This document shows, piece by piece, positions 9,207 through 17,423 of a stretch of 49,051 nucleotides of DNA. Under the pieces are notes generated by a model. It saw nothing but the letters and a program-made list of their open reading frames with translations. It was not told the DNA's origin and did not search any database. The translations under genes were made by a program, and so were the position numbers. This DNA is from a virus. The first letter of the stretch is position 1. Each line of letters opens with the position of its first letter. Where the stretch lies: IMG/VR virus record IMGVR_UViG_3300032282_001533, positions 1 through 49,051 of that record; one strand, given 5' to 3'.

Positions 9207-10025
9207 ATGGAAATATCAATTAAAAAAGAAGATTTACAAACAAAGAGTTTGTTCGTGGCAACACCTATGTATGGTGGTCAAAATCACGGCCTTTATATGA
9301 AAGCCTGCCTGGATTTACAGTCAGCATGTATTCAATATGGTATTTCTGTAAAGTTCTCGTTTTTGTTTAATGAATCATTAATTACACGAGCAAGAAATTA
9401 TCTCGTAGATGAGTTTATTCATCGTTCGGATTGCACACATATGTTGTTTATTGATTCGGATGTACACTTTAATCCACAAGATGTGATTGCTATGTTGGCA
9501 CTTGATAAAGATGTTATTGGTGGTCCGTATCCTAAGAAAGCAATTAAGTGGAAATCTGTTAAGACAGCAGTTACAAAAAATCCCGAAATTGACCCACAAT
9601 TACTTGAAAAAGTTACAGGCGATTATGTTTTTAATCCAGTTAAAGGTACTGCACAGTTTAATGTAACTGAACCATTAGAAGTGATGGAAATTGGAACTGG
9701 ATTCATGATGATTAAACGTGATGTGTTTACTAAAATGGAAGCAGCTTATCCGTCCATTCGCTATAAACCAGACCATGTAGGTCAAGCCAACTTTGATGGT
9801 TCACGATACATTCATGCTTTCTTTGATACCGTCATCGACACCAAAAATTCAATTACTGGTGGTGGTTCTGACCGTTATCTTTCAGAAGATTATATGTTCT
9901 GTCAGATGTGGCGTAAGATTGATGGAAAAATTTGGTTGTGTCCTTGGATGAGAACAACACACATTGGCACTTATCACTTCCAAGGAGATATGCCTGCTGT
10001 TGCTAATTTTGTCGGAGAAATGTAA
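9207..10025 (+). CDS. GT-A fold glycosyltransferase-like protein
   Basis: SLFVATPMYGGQ..CTHMLFIDSDVHFNPQDVIAMLALDKDVIGGPYPKK; DxD motif. Confidence 0.8.
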   Translation: MEISIKKEDLQTKSLFVATPMYGGQNHGLYMKACLDLQSACIQYGISVKFSFLFNESLITRARNYLVDEFIHRSDCTHMLFIDSDVHFNPQDVIAMLALDKDVIGGPYPKKAIKWKSVKTAVTKNPEIDPQLLEKVTGDYVFNPVKGTAQFNVTEPLEVMEIGTGFMMIKRDVFTKMEAAYPSIRYKPDHVGQANFDGSRYIHAFFDTVIDTKNSITGGGSDRYLSEDYMFCQMWRKIDGKIWLCPWMRTTHIGTYHFQGDMPAVANFVGEM

Positions 10026-10435
10026 TGTCACATGAATCGATTTCTGTGTCTGCTGGAATAGATACGATTACATTAAATATGAATAATTTGGTTAATGAAG
10101 CACCTTATCATCCTGGATATGAAGATGCAGCAATGGCACCAAAAGAAGAAGGTCGTAAATTTGATGGTGGCAAATTAGAATATGGCTTATTGCCGCCTTT
10201 AGCTCTAGAAGAGGTTGTTAAGGTTCTAACTTTTGGTGCTCAGAAGTATGAAAGAGATAATTGGCAAAAAGTACCAGATGCCAAAAGAAGATACTTCGAT
10301 GCACTACAACGCCATGTTTGGGCATGGAAACAAGGGGAGAAATTTGATCCCGAATCTGGTATACATCACTTGGCACACGCTATGTGCTGCTTGATGTTCC
10401 TCTACGAACATGATATAATGTATTCTAAGTCGTAA
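10025..10435 (+). CDS. dATP/dGTP diphosphohydrolase-like (MazG/MazZ-type all-alpha NTP pyrophosphatase)
   Basis: KFDGGKLEYGLLPPLALEEVVKVLTFGAQKYERDNWQKV..RRYFDALQRHVWAWKQGEKFDPESGIHHLAHAMCCLMFLYEHD. Confidence 0.75.
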   Translation: MSHESISVSAGIDTITLNMNNLVNEAPYHPGYEDAAMAPKEEGRKFDGGKLEYGLLPPLALEEVVKVLTFGAQKYERDNWQKVPDAKRRYFDALQRHVWAWKQGEKFDPESGIHHLAHAMCCLMFLYEHDIMYSKS

Positions 10436-10458
10436 ATTTTTACATAATGGAGAAACAA

Positions 10459-11133
10459 ATGAAGTTATCAAATGAAACACTAACAGTCTTAAAGAATTTC
10501 TCGGCAATCAACCAAGGCATTCAATTCAAACAAGGAACAAAACTTACCACAGTATCAGCAGGTAAAACTGTTCTTGCTCAAGCAGAACTTAAAGATAGTT
10601 TTCCACAAGACTTTTGTGTATATGATCTGAATCAATTCTTATCAGTAAATTCTTTATTCAAAGATTCAGCCGAATTGGATTTTGATGATTCTAATGTCAT
10701 CTTTAAATCTGGTCGTTCTAAGGTCAAGTATCGTATGACCGCCAAAGAAATGATTGTTACGCCACCAGAAAAAGATATTACATTACCTTCTGTGGATTGT
10801 GAATTTAAACTCACACAAGAAGATTACGAATGGATTATGAAAACGGCGAATGTACTTTCTTCTCCACATATTGGTATTCGTTCTGATGGTGAAACTGTTG
10901 AAATTATTACCTTTGATGCAGCTGATAACTCCGCACACACAAACTCAGTACAGGTTGGTGAAGGTAATGGTAAAAAATATACAATCGTATTCAAATCAGA
11001 GAATATCAAATTAATTCCTGGTACCTATGATGTTAAGATTTCATTCAAGGGTATTGGTCATTTCCAAAATACTAAAGATGATATTCAATACTGGATTGCT
11101 TTTGAAGCTAAAGAAACAAAGATTGGAGAATAA
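10459..11133 (+). CDS. 45: gp45-like sliding clamp
   Basis: Length, position before gp44/gp62, and T4-type clamp sequence (MKLSNETLTVLKNFSAINQGIQFKQG); start after GGAG at 10448. Confidence 0.92.
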   Translation: MKLSNETLTVLKNFSAINQGIQFKQGTKLTTVSAGKTVLAQAELKDSFPQDFCVYDLNQFLSVNSLFKDSAELDFDDSNVIFKSGRSKVKYRMTAKEMIVTPPEKDITLPSVDCEFKLTQEDYEWIMKTANVLSSPHIGIRSDGETVEIITFDAADNSAHTNSVQVGEGNGKKYTIVFKSENIKLIPGTYDVKISFKGIGHFQNTKDDIQYWIAFEAKETKIGE

Positions 11134-11322
11134 ATGTTAATTCACTTTACAGACTCAAGCACAAACAACTCTATTGCAGTTAATCTTAATCAATTGGTTT
11201 GCATCTTCACCGTTGAAGAAGAAGGCGTAGAAAAAACTATTTTAAATATGTTGAATGGTAACTTGGCAATCAAAGAAAGTTATCTTGAAGCCGTAGGCCG
11301 CATCAATGGAGAAATGAAATAA
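11134..11322 (+). CDS. Hypothetical protein, 62 aa
   Basis: Tightly packed ORF. Confidence 0.7.
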   Translation: MLIHFTDSSTNNSIAVNLNQLVCIFTVEEEGVEKTILNMLNGNLAIKESYLEAVGRINGEMK

Positions 11323-11597
11323 TGCCAACAGTTCAAACATTATTTGGAACATTTAATGATACACAACTCAAAGCCCTTAAAGGGGCTGTTGAGGAAATTA
11401 ACCATGCGATGAGTGTGGTTGAAGTACAGAACAATCAAATTAAAGATATTGTAAATGCAACATATGATTCTTTAAAAGTTCCTAAAAAAATCATTAAGCG
11501 TATGGCTAAAGTTTATTATAATCAATCTCTACAAACAGAGGTTGCCGAATTCAAAGAGTTCGAAGCATTATTTGAAGGCATTACAGAAGTAAAATAA
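11322..11597 (+). CDS. Hypothetical protein, possibly DsbA-like dsDNA-binding protein
   Basis: Size and C-terminal pattern IKDIVNATYDSLKVPKKIIKRMAKVYYNQSLQTEVAEFKEFEALFE resemble T4 DsbA; weak. Confidence 0.4.
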   Translation: MPTVQTLFGTFNDTQLKALKGAVEEINHAMSVVEVQNNQIKDIVNATYDSLKVPKKIIKRMAKVYYNQSLQTEVAEFKEFEALFEGITEVK

Positions 11598-11621
11598 GAA
11601 GTTTATATATTATGGGAGTTT

Positions 11622-12557
11622 GTGATGGAACATTTATTATGGGTCGAGAAGTATCGGCCAAAAACTATTGAAGAATGTATTTTACCTGATGCAATCAAGA
11701 CCACTTTTCAGGAGTACGTTAACAGAAAAGAAATACCAAATCTTCTTTTATCTGGTACGGCAGGTGTTGGAAAAACAACAATTGCTAAAGCACTATGCAA
11801 TGAGGTTGGTTGCGATTATATTGTCATCAATGGTTCTGACGAGTCTGGCATTGATGTCCTTCGTAATAAAATTAAGAACTACGCTTCTTCAGTATCTCTT
11901 GCAGGTGGCCGCAAGGTTGTTATCATTGATGAGGCCGATTATCTTAATCCTAATTCAACACAGCCAGCACTTCGTGGAGCAATCGAGGAGTTCTCCTCAA
12001 ACTGTTCATTCATCTTTACTTGCAATTTCAAAAACCGTATTATTGATCCGATACACTCTCGTTGCTCGGTGGTGGATTTTAAAATTAACGGTTCTAAAGC
12101 CAAAATGGCTGCAGCTTTCTTCAAACGTTGTGAATGGATCCTTGAACAAGAAGGCATTACATACGATAAAGAAGTTGTCGCAGCAGTCATTACAAAACAT
12201 TTTCCAGACAATCGTAGGGTTCTCAATGAACTTCAACGATATTCGGTTTCTGGTACCATTGATAAAGGTATTCTTAGCAATGTTGCTGACATACAACTTG
12301 GCACTTTGGTTTCTGCGTTAAAAGAAAAAGACTTTGCATCCACTCGTAAATGGGTTACTAACAACCTAGATAACGATCCAGTTAAAATCTACCGTAAACT
12401 CTATGATACTTTGTATGAAGTATTAAAACCACAATCAGTACCACAATTGGTTTTAATCTTGGCTAAGTATCAGTATCAAGCCGCTTTCGTGGCTGACCAT
12501 GAGATTAATATGGTGGCATGTTTAACAGAAATCATGGTGGATTGTGAGTTCAAATAA
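11622..12557 (+). CDS. 44: gp44-like clamp loader large subunit
   Basis: LWVEKYRPKTIEECILP, SGTAGVGKTTIAKAL, VIIDEADYL, CNFKNRIIDPIHSRC; start probably the second Met or the GTG/ATG cluster at 11622-11625. Confidence 0.95.
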   Translation: MMEHLLWVEKYRPKTIEECILPDAIKTTFQEYVNRKEIPNLLLSGTAGVGKTTIAKALCNEVGCDYIVINGSDESGIDVLRNKIKNYASSVSLAGGRKVVIIDEADYLNPNSTQPALRGAIEEFSSNCSFIFTCNFKNRIIDPIHSRCSVVDFKINGSKAKMAAAFFKRCEWILEQEGITYDKEVVAAVITKHFPDNRRVLNELQRYSVSGTIDKGILSNVADIQLGTLVSALKEKDFASTRKWVTNNLDNDPVKIYRKLYDTLYEVLKPQSVPQLVLILAKYQYQAAFVADHEINMVACLTEIMVDCEFK

Positions 12558-12946
12558 TGCCGGATCTGTTCAAAGAAGTAATTCCTTCTATACTCCAAAC
12601 CAAAAAATCTGTCTTTCAAGACGCCTATGATTACAAAGATTACAAACCCTTTGTTGTAAATCGTGCTTTGTCGTACCATATGGACTGTGTTCTCTATGTA
12701 AATGAGATGAATATCCATACAGGAATCGACTCAGATATGCAATATTCATATCTTCTAAATACAATAAGACCAATGAAACGGAAATTTCAACCGTGGCAGA
12801 AATCAGAGGTCGACAAAGATATAGAATGTGTGAAGCAATATTTTGGCTATTCTAATGAAAAAGCCAAGGAAGCTTTGCGTATCCTAAATGATGAACAAAT
12901 CGCTGAAATAAGAATAAAAACAGCAAAAGGCGGAGTGAACAAGTAA
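12557..12946 (+). CDS. 62: gp62-like clamp loader small subunit
   Basis: YKPFVVNRALSYHMDCVLYVNEMNIHTGIDSDMQYSYLLNTIRPMKRKFQPWQK, directly after gp44. Confidence 0.92.
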   Translation: MPDLFKEVIPSILQTKKSVFQDAYDYKDYKPFVVNRALSYHMDCVLYVNEMNIHTGIDSDMQYSYLLNTIRPMKRKFQPWQKSEVDKDIECVKQYFGYSNEKAKEALRILNDEQIAEIRIKTAKGGVNK

Positions 12947-13353
12947 TGATTTCAATTATAGATTTAGTTGAAGTTACATTGGGCGAGAAAGATGATTTCC
13001 TAAAGGTTCGTGAAACGTTAACACGAATCGGTGTAGCTTCCAAAAAAGACAGAATACTGTACCAGTCTTGCCATATTTTACATAAGCAAGGCAAATATTA
13101 TATCGTCCATTTCAAAGAACTTTTTGCATTGGATGGTAAACCAACTGACATTACCGAAAACGACTTATCCCGCAGAAATGCCATTGCAAAACTTTTGGCA
13201 GATTGGGGTTTGGTAGGTATTGTTGATAAGACCAAGGTAGAAAACCCTCCTCCTATCTTTTTGTCGCAAATCAAGATTCTTTCCCATAAAGAGAAAGACG
13301 ATTGGGAATTAGTGCCCAAATATAATATTGGTAAAAAACCAGGGGTTTATTGA
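12946..13353 (+). CDS. regA: RegA-like translational repressor
   Basis: DDFLKVRETLTRIGVASKKDRILYQSCHILHKQGKYYIVHFKELFALDGK, after gp62. Confidence 0.93.
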   Translation: MISIIDLVEVTLGEKDDFLKVRETLTRIGVASKKDRILYQSCHILHKQGKYYIVHFKELFALDGKPTDITENDLSRRNAIAKLLADWGLVGIVDKTKVENPPPIFLSQIKILSHKEKDDWELVPKYNIGKKPGVY

Positions 13354-13380
13354 CAATTTAGTTGTTTTGTGTTATAAATA
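13350..13380 (+). promoter_or_regulatory. Promoter: TTGACA-N17-TATAAATA (sigma70-like; also contains exact T4 late box TATAAATA)
   Basis: TTGACA 13350-13355, TATAAATA 13373-13380. Confidence 0.75.
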
Positions 13381-13384
13381 TGGA

Positions 13385-13412
13385 TGTAGATGCCTTTGGG
13401 GTCTACATTTTT
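13385..13412 (+). terminator. Hairpin TGTAGA..TCTACA followed by TTTTT between regA and hsp20
   Basis: tgtagatgcctttggggtctacattttt. Confidence 0.6.
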
Positions 13413-13442
13413 GAACTCGCTTAATACAAGGAGAAACTAAGC

Positions 13443-13898
13443 ATGAACACAACTTTAAATACATTATTTCCACAATTAGAAACCATTCGTAGTTCTTTGG
13501 ATCCATTCACAGTAGGTTACGACAAATTCTTTGTTGACCTTGGTGATATGACTAAAGAAATGGCTAAAAAGGTTACCTATCCTCCATATAACATCAAACA
13601 GGTTAACAAAAACAAATATGTCATTGAATTGGCAGTAGCTGGTTTTGCAAAATCTGATATTGAAGTTACTTTGGATGGCAACAAATTGGTTGTCAAAGGC
13701 CTTGCAAAAGAAGATGAATTGAAAGAAGATGAAACATACTTCTTTAAAGGTATCGCTAACCGAGGATTTGAACGTACATTTACATTAGCAGACAAGATTG
13801 AAATCAAAGATGCTGATATGGTAAATGGTATGTTACGAGTTTGGTTGGAATCTTTGGTGCAAACTCAAGACGCCATCAAAAAGATTACCATCAAATGA
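13443..13898 (+). CDS. Small heat shock protein Hsp20/IbpA family
   Basis: PPYNIKQVNKNKYVIELAVAGFAKSDIEVTLDGNKLVVKG, IANRGFERTFTLAD. Confidence 0.93.
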   Translation: MNTTLNTLFPQLETIRSSLDPFTVGYDKFFVDLGDMTKEMAKKVTYPPYNIKQVNKNKYVIELAVAGFAKSDIEVTLDGNKLVVKGLAKEDELKEDETYFFKGIANRGFERTFTLADKIEIKDADMVNGMLRVWLESLVQTQDAIKKITIK

Positions 13899-13960
13899 GT
13901 AATTGGTGGCCTGTAACCGATGAGGAATGGGAACAATTAAATTATCCAAACGGTAAATAA
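13895..13960 (+). CDS. 21-aa micropeptide MSNWWPVTDEEWEQLNYPNGK
   Basis: ATGA overlap with hsp20 stop, ends just before the terminator hairpin. Confidence 0.35.
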   Translation: MSNWWPVTDEEWEQLNYPNGK

Positions 13961-13964
13961 TCTA

Positions 13965-13984
13965 GGGGGTCTTGACTGACCCCC
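13965..13984 (+). terminator. 7-bp perfect GC-rich hairpin GGGGGTC-TTGACT-GACCCCC followed by A-C-TTTT
   Basis: Direct reading; the loop is the -35 box of the next promoter. Confidence 0.6.
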
Positions 13985-14000
13985 ACTTTTGAGTTATAAT
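13972..14000 (+). promoter_or_regulatory. Sigma70-type promoter TTGACT-N17-TATAAT
   Basis: TTGACT 13972-13977, TATAAT 13995-14000. Confidence 0.85.
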
Positions 14001-14006
14001 TATATC

Positions 14007-14210
14007 ATGAAAAATTGGAACAAAACCAAACCTATTATCAAAAAGGTTCGTGCCATTAATGGTACTGATATCTTTTATACATACTCGAATTGGCCTATTG
14101 AAACTATTGATGGTGTCGAGTTTATTCCTGTAGTAAAATCAGAACCAAACAACAACAAAAATCAAGTAGTACATTATATGAAAAAAGATATTATGGAGTA
14201 TGTGAAATGA
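14007..14210 (+). CDS. Hypothetical protein (MKNWNKTKPIIKKVRAING..)
   Basis: ORF; ATG at 14007 rather than TTG at 13989. Confidence 0.65.
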   Translation: MKNWNKTKPIIKKVRAINGTDIFYTYSNWPIETIDGVEFIPVVKSEPNNNKNQVVHYMKKDIMEYVK

Positions 14211-14410
14211 GTTTTTTAAACCAACACCAGTTGTTAACAAACGAAAAAAGAATTTTCAATCCAAAAAACAAAAAAGATATAGATACATTCAAATCATTTA
14301 TTCTAAAAAATAGATGGGGTGATCCTTGTCCATTTTTGTTAGAAGAACCGTACTTAAATATTCCTGATATGTTAAAAGATAAATTCATTAAAAATGTGTT
14401 AGGACTATAA
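14207..14410 (+). CDS. Hypothetical protein, 67 aa
   Basis: ATGA-coupled ORF. Confidence 0.6.
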   Translation: MSFLNQHQLLTNEKRIFNPKNKKDIDTFKSFILKNRWGDPCPFLLEEPYLNIPDMLKDKFIKNVLGL

Positions 14411-14583
14411 TGATCGATTGGTTGATGTATTCTGGTTGTAATATTACTTTGAAATTGAATCCGTTTCATTGGAGAATTAGTTTTAAATATTTAAAAACTA
14501 ATGAAGCATGGGAACAAGATGCCTTATTAATTGAATTATTACCCATTACCATTCGATTGTGGTTTGATAATGGTGAATGGTAA
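14410..14583 (+). CDS. Hypothetical protein, 57 aa
   Basis: MIDWLMYSGCNITLKLNPFHWRISFKYLKTNEAWEQDALLIELLPITIRLWFDNGEW, overlaps stop of preceding ORF. Confidence 0.6.
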   Translation: MIDWLMYSGCNITLKLNPFHWRISFKYLKTNEAWEQDALLIELLPITIRLWFDNGEW

Positions 14584-14591
14584 GTTGGCCA

Positions 14592-15023
14592 ATGAAAAAT
14601 AAGTTTATTCAAGCATACATGGATGTGGCACAAAGATTTTCAGAATTATCTTCTGCCAAACGATTGCAAGTGGGCGCCATTGTGGTAAAAGATGACCGAA
14701 TTATCAGTATTGGTTATAATGGAATGCCAAGTGGATGGGACAATAACTGTGAGGACCATATTCAGTTATCTGACGATACCACAATGACCAAAACCAAACC
14801 TGAGGTCATTCATGCAGAAGCCAATGCCATCGCTAAGTTGGCTAGAGGCAATGAGTCTGGAGATGGTTCCACAATGTTCCTGACCCATGCACCTTGCATA
14901 GACTGTGCCAAACAGATGTATACCGCAGGTGTCAAAGCGGTATATTATCGTGATTCCTATAAGAATACAGACGGCTTGACTTTTTTGGAAAAATGTAATA
15001 TAATGGTATCTAAGATAGAATAA
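14592..15023 (+). CDS. dCMP deaminase family protein
   Basis: CNGMPSGWDNNCED-type region, HAEANAIAKLARG, TLHAPCIDCAKQMYTAGVKAVYY-like zinc motifs (HAE, PCxxC). Confidence 0.92.
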   Translation: MKNKFIQAYMDVAQRFSELSSAKRLQVGAIVVKDDRIISIGYNGMPSGWDNNCEDHIQLSDDTTMTKTKPEVIHAEANAIAKLARGNESGDGSTMFLTHAPCIDCAKQMYTAGVKAVYYRDSYKNTDGLTFLEKCNIMVSKIE

Positions 15024-15052
15024 TTATTTCACCAGGTGAAATTGATGTGTGT

Positions 15053-15060
15053 CATAAATA
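15053..15060 (+). promoter_or_regulatory. Near-consensus T4-type late promoter box CATAAATA
   Basis: gtgtCATAAATAagcgg upstream of 15122. Confidence 0.35.
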
Positions 15061-15121
15061 AGCGGAAGTAGTTTAACCATCGGTATGCAATTATTGGGTC
15101 AATTAATTAAGGAGACCTAAA

Positions 15122-15625
15122 ATGCAGTTAAGTATAGTTGGTTGTCCCGATAAAAAGCACTTTAGACCATATGTTAAACGTGCCGCTATTTTTTATTCTG
15201 AACAACTTATATCACCAAAATTAAGAGAAAATATCTATCTAAGGATTAAATTCAATCCAAAGATTGAAGCCTATGGTTACGCCTCAATTTTAGAATATAA
15301 TGAAAGTTGTAAAGCTAGAGAGTTTGAAATAGAACTGCATCCGGGAATTGGTGCTGCTGAAATACTAAAAACTCTGGCACATGAAATGACACACATTAAG
15401 CAATATGCTTATAATGAGACCAACGAAACATTAACTCGTTGGCGTGGCAAAAAGGTTGATTCTGATAGTATTGATTATTGGGTACAACCTTGGGAGTTAG
15501 AAGCGTTTGGAACTGAAGTAGGCCTATTCAGTAAGTTTGCAATTAAAGAGAAATTGTGGGAAATATTTTTTGGTATACAAAATCCAGATTCACCTATTGA
15601 GCCTGAGCCTCTGGGGTGGAAATAG
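15122..15625 (+). CDS. SprT-like zinc metallopeptidase
   Basis: ILKTLAHEMTHIKQYAYNE (HExxH). Confidence 0.8.
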   Translation: MQLSIVGCPDKKHFRPYVKRAAIFYSEQLISPKLRENIYLRIKFNPKIEAYGYASILEYNESCKAREFEIELHPGIGAAEILKTLAHEMTHIKQYAYNETNETLTRWRGKKVDSDSIDYWVQPWELEAFGTEVGLFSKFAIKEKLWEIFFGIQNPDSPIEPEPLGWK

Positions 15626-16202
15626 CTTGATTCATTAACATTTCAAATTCTTCATCACCGTATTGATAATCTTCCAGTATTTCTAACATTTTATCACATA
15701 CTTCCAAATTTCTATTATGCGATTTTATATTATTTTCCTGTGAACTAATTTGGCTGGCAACAAAAGCCTTTAAAATATTTTCACCATCTTTCTTTCTTTT
15801 AATTTTCCGTAAAAACTTTTCTAATTTAGTTATAGTGGATATGCAAATTGAAATTTGAGTTGATAATGTATTTTTCTCTCGATGAATGTCATTCTTCATA
15901 CAAACAATTAAATTTTCCAAATCAGGATCAATTTGATTAATAAAGTGGCTAAGTAATCTAGCAAGATTATTTATAGCTTCTTCTCTGAGATTTGAGTTAA
16001 CATTATATTGTCCAGTTTCATCAAAATGTTTTCTGCGGACAGGATCACTCAAAATAGAATAAGCTAAATTGACTTGTTTAAATTTTTCCTCATTACCACC
16101 AACTCTATCTGGATGATATCGTTGTGCTAGTGTACGAAACTTCTTTTTAATTTCCTCGTCAAAAGCTTGTGGTGAAATTTCTAATATATCATATGGATTC
16201 AT
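15594..16202 (-). CDS. J-domain (DnaJ-like) protein
   Basis: NPYDILEISPQAFDEEIKKKFRTLAQRYHPDRVGGNEEKFKQVNLAYSILSDPVRRKHFDETG with HPD motif; minus strand. Confidence 0.93.
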   Translation of the reverse strand: MNPYDILEISPQAFDEEIKKKFRTLAQRYHPDRVGGNEEKFKQVNLAYSILSDPVRRKHFDETGQYNVNSNLREEAINNLARLLSHFINQIDPDLENLIVCMKNDIHREKNTLSTQISICISTITKLEKFLRKIKRKKDGENILKAFVASQISSQENNIKSHNRNLEVCDKMLEILEDYQYGDEEFEMLMNQAISTPEAQAQ

Positions 16203-16254
16203 ATAAGTATATATGTTGTACCAAAAATTAAGTTTTAATTTAAAGGAGAGTATT

Positions 16255-16434
16255 ATGAAAAAGAAAAATACTCCCCAACCACGAAACTATCTTGTTAAAT
16301 TGGCATTGTTTCGTAAAGCGGGGAGCCATAAAAAAAGTAACAAAGCTATGAGGCGTTTAGAGAAATCTAAAAAAGTGTATCCTATTATTGACATTTTAAT
16401 TAATAGTGTATGTAATAGGATACATTCTGTCTAG
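16255..16434 (+). CDS. Small basic conserved phage protein
   Basis: MKKKNTPQPRNYLVKLALFRKAGSHKKSNKAMRRLEKSKK; AAAGGAGAG before ATG. Confidence 0.7.
   Translation: MKKKNTPQPRNYLVKLALFRKAGSHKKSNKAMRRLEKSKKVYPIIDILINSVCNRIHSV
16388..16416 (+). promoter_or_regulatory. Promoter TTGACA-N17-TGTAAT upstream of tRNA-Arg
   Basis: Inside the 3' end of the 16255 ORF. Confidence 0.55.
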
Positions 16435-16459
16435 ATTAGAACATATAAAATATGATTAA

Positions 16460-16534
16460 CTGGCCTTAGTATAATGGATAATACAGCTGCCTTCTAAGCA
16501 GTCAATACAGGTTCAATTCCTGTAGGCCGGACCA
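16460..16534 (+). tRNA. tRNA-Arg(TCT), CCA encoded
   Basis: Acceptor ctggcct/aggccgg, D arm gtat/atac, anticodon loop cttctaa, T arm acaggttcaattcctgt. Confidence 0.93.
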
Positions 16535-16536
16535 AA

Positions 16537-16611
16537 GGGCCAATAGCTTAATGGTAAAGCAATCGACTCATAATCGATTGAGTCTTGGTTCAATTCCAAG
16601 TTGGCCCACCA
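16537..16611 (+). tRNA. tRNA-Met(CAT) (elongator Met or Ile2), CCA encoded
   Basis: Acceptor gggccaa/ttggccc, anticodon arm atcga-ctcataa-tcgat, T loop ttcaatt. Confidence 0.92.
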
Positions 16612-16624
16612 AATATATAATATT

Positions 16625-17362
16625 ATGAATATACCAAAAATTGCACATGTATCATGGATTGATAAAGATGTAGTCAACAATCAATCACCACTTATTCTTA
16701 ATGGAGTTAGGAATTTAATTGACCTGAATCCTGATTGGAATGTTATTGTTTATGATAACAAAGATATTGATGAATACCTAAAGTTGGTTCTTGATAAAAG
16801 AGATTACAATTTAATTAAAGACATTCATATAGTAGAGAAGTCGGACCTGTGGAGATTATTCAAACTCTACAATGAAGGTGGTCTGTATATGGACATAGAT
16901 CGATTTTGTAATGTTTCTTTGTCTGATATTATTGAAGATGGAATAAAATGTGTGTTACCTACTTGTTTAGAGTGGGATTTTTCACACGACTTTATGTTAA
17001 CCGCACCGGGTAGTCCAATTCAAGCACAAGCAATTCAATTAATAATGGAAAGAAGATATGCAGGACATAAAAATGTTTTCTTTCTAGGTCCTCAAACTTA
17101 TATGCATGCCGTAACCAAAGTTTTATTTGGTGAAATGGTGAATACGGATCCTGGTGTTGAGATGTTTGCCGAGATGCGTAAGGCAATGGAACAGATGCCG
17201 TTCATTAAAACATATAAAGAACATCCGCCTTACGATACTGTTATATATAAACATGATGAAACAACCTTTAAAAAAGGTAATAGTAATACAACAGATTGGG
17301 AAGAAATGAAAAAAGAATTCTACGCAGGTTACAAATTAAAACATTGGTCGGGTGAATGGTGA
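16625..17362 (+). CDS. Glycosyltransferase, DXD sugar-binding (OCH1-like) family
   Basis: IPKIAHVSWIDK, DLWRLFKLYNEGGLYMDIDRFC. Confidence 0.88.
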   Translation: MNIPKIAHVSWIDKDVVNNQSPLILNGVRNLIDLNPDWNVIVYDNKDIDEYLKLVLDKRDYNLIKDIHIVEKSDLWRLFKLYNEGGLYMDIDRFCNVSLSDIIEDGIKCVLPTCLEWDFSHDFMLTAPGSPIQAQAIQLIMERRYAGHKNVFFLGPQTYMHAVTKVLFGEMVNTDPGVEMFAEMRKAMEQMPFIKTYKEHPPYDTVIYKHDETTFKKGNSNTTDWEEMKKEFYAGYKLKHWSGEW

Positions 17363-17385
17363 TATTAAATTTACCACATAATGTG

Positions 17386-17414
17386 TTGACTTTGTTGTAT
17401 AAGTAATGTATAGT
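17386..17414 (+). promoter_or_regulatory. Sigma70-type promoter TTGACT-N17-TATAGT
   Basis: TTGACT 17386-17391, TATAGT 17409-17414; expected start near 17421. Confidence 0.75.
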
Positions 17415-17423
17415 ATTAAATAT

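Noticed and set aside
11668-12321. 217-aa ORF in an alternative + frame
   Set aside because: It lies wholly inside gp44, which has unmistakable AAA+ motifs; the alternative product is Leu/Gln/Ser-rich frameshift-type sequence with no start context or motif.
15026-15042. ATTTCA-CCAGG-TGAAAT hairpin as terminator
   Set aside because: 6-bp weak stem without a following T-run.
16601-16624. Track start of the glycosyltransferase ORF at TTG 16601
   Set aside because: This start lies inside tRNA-Met; ATG 16625 gives the expected MNIPKIAHVSW N-terminus.
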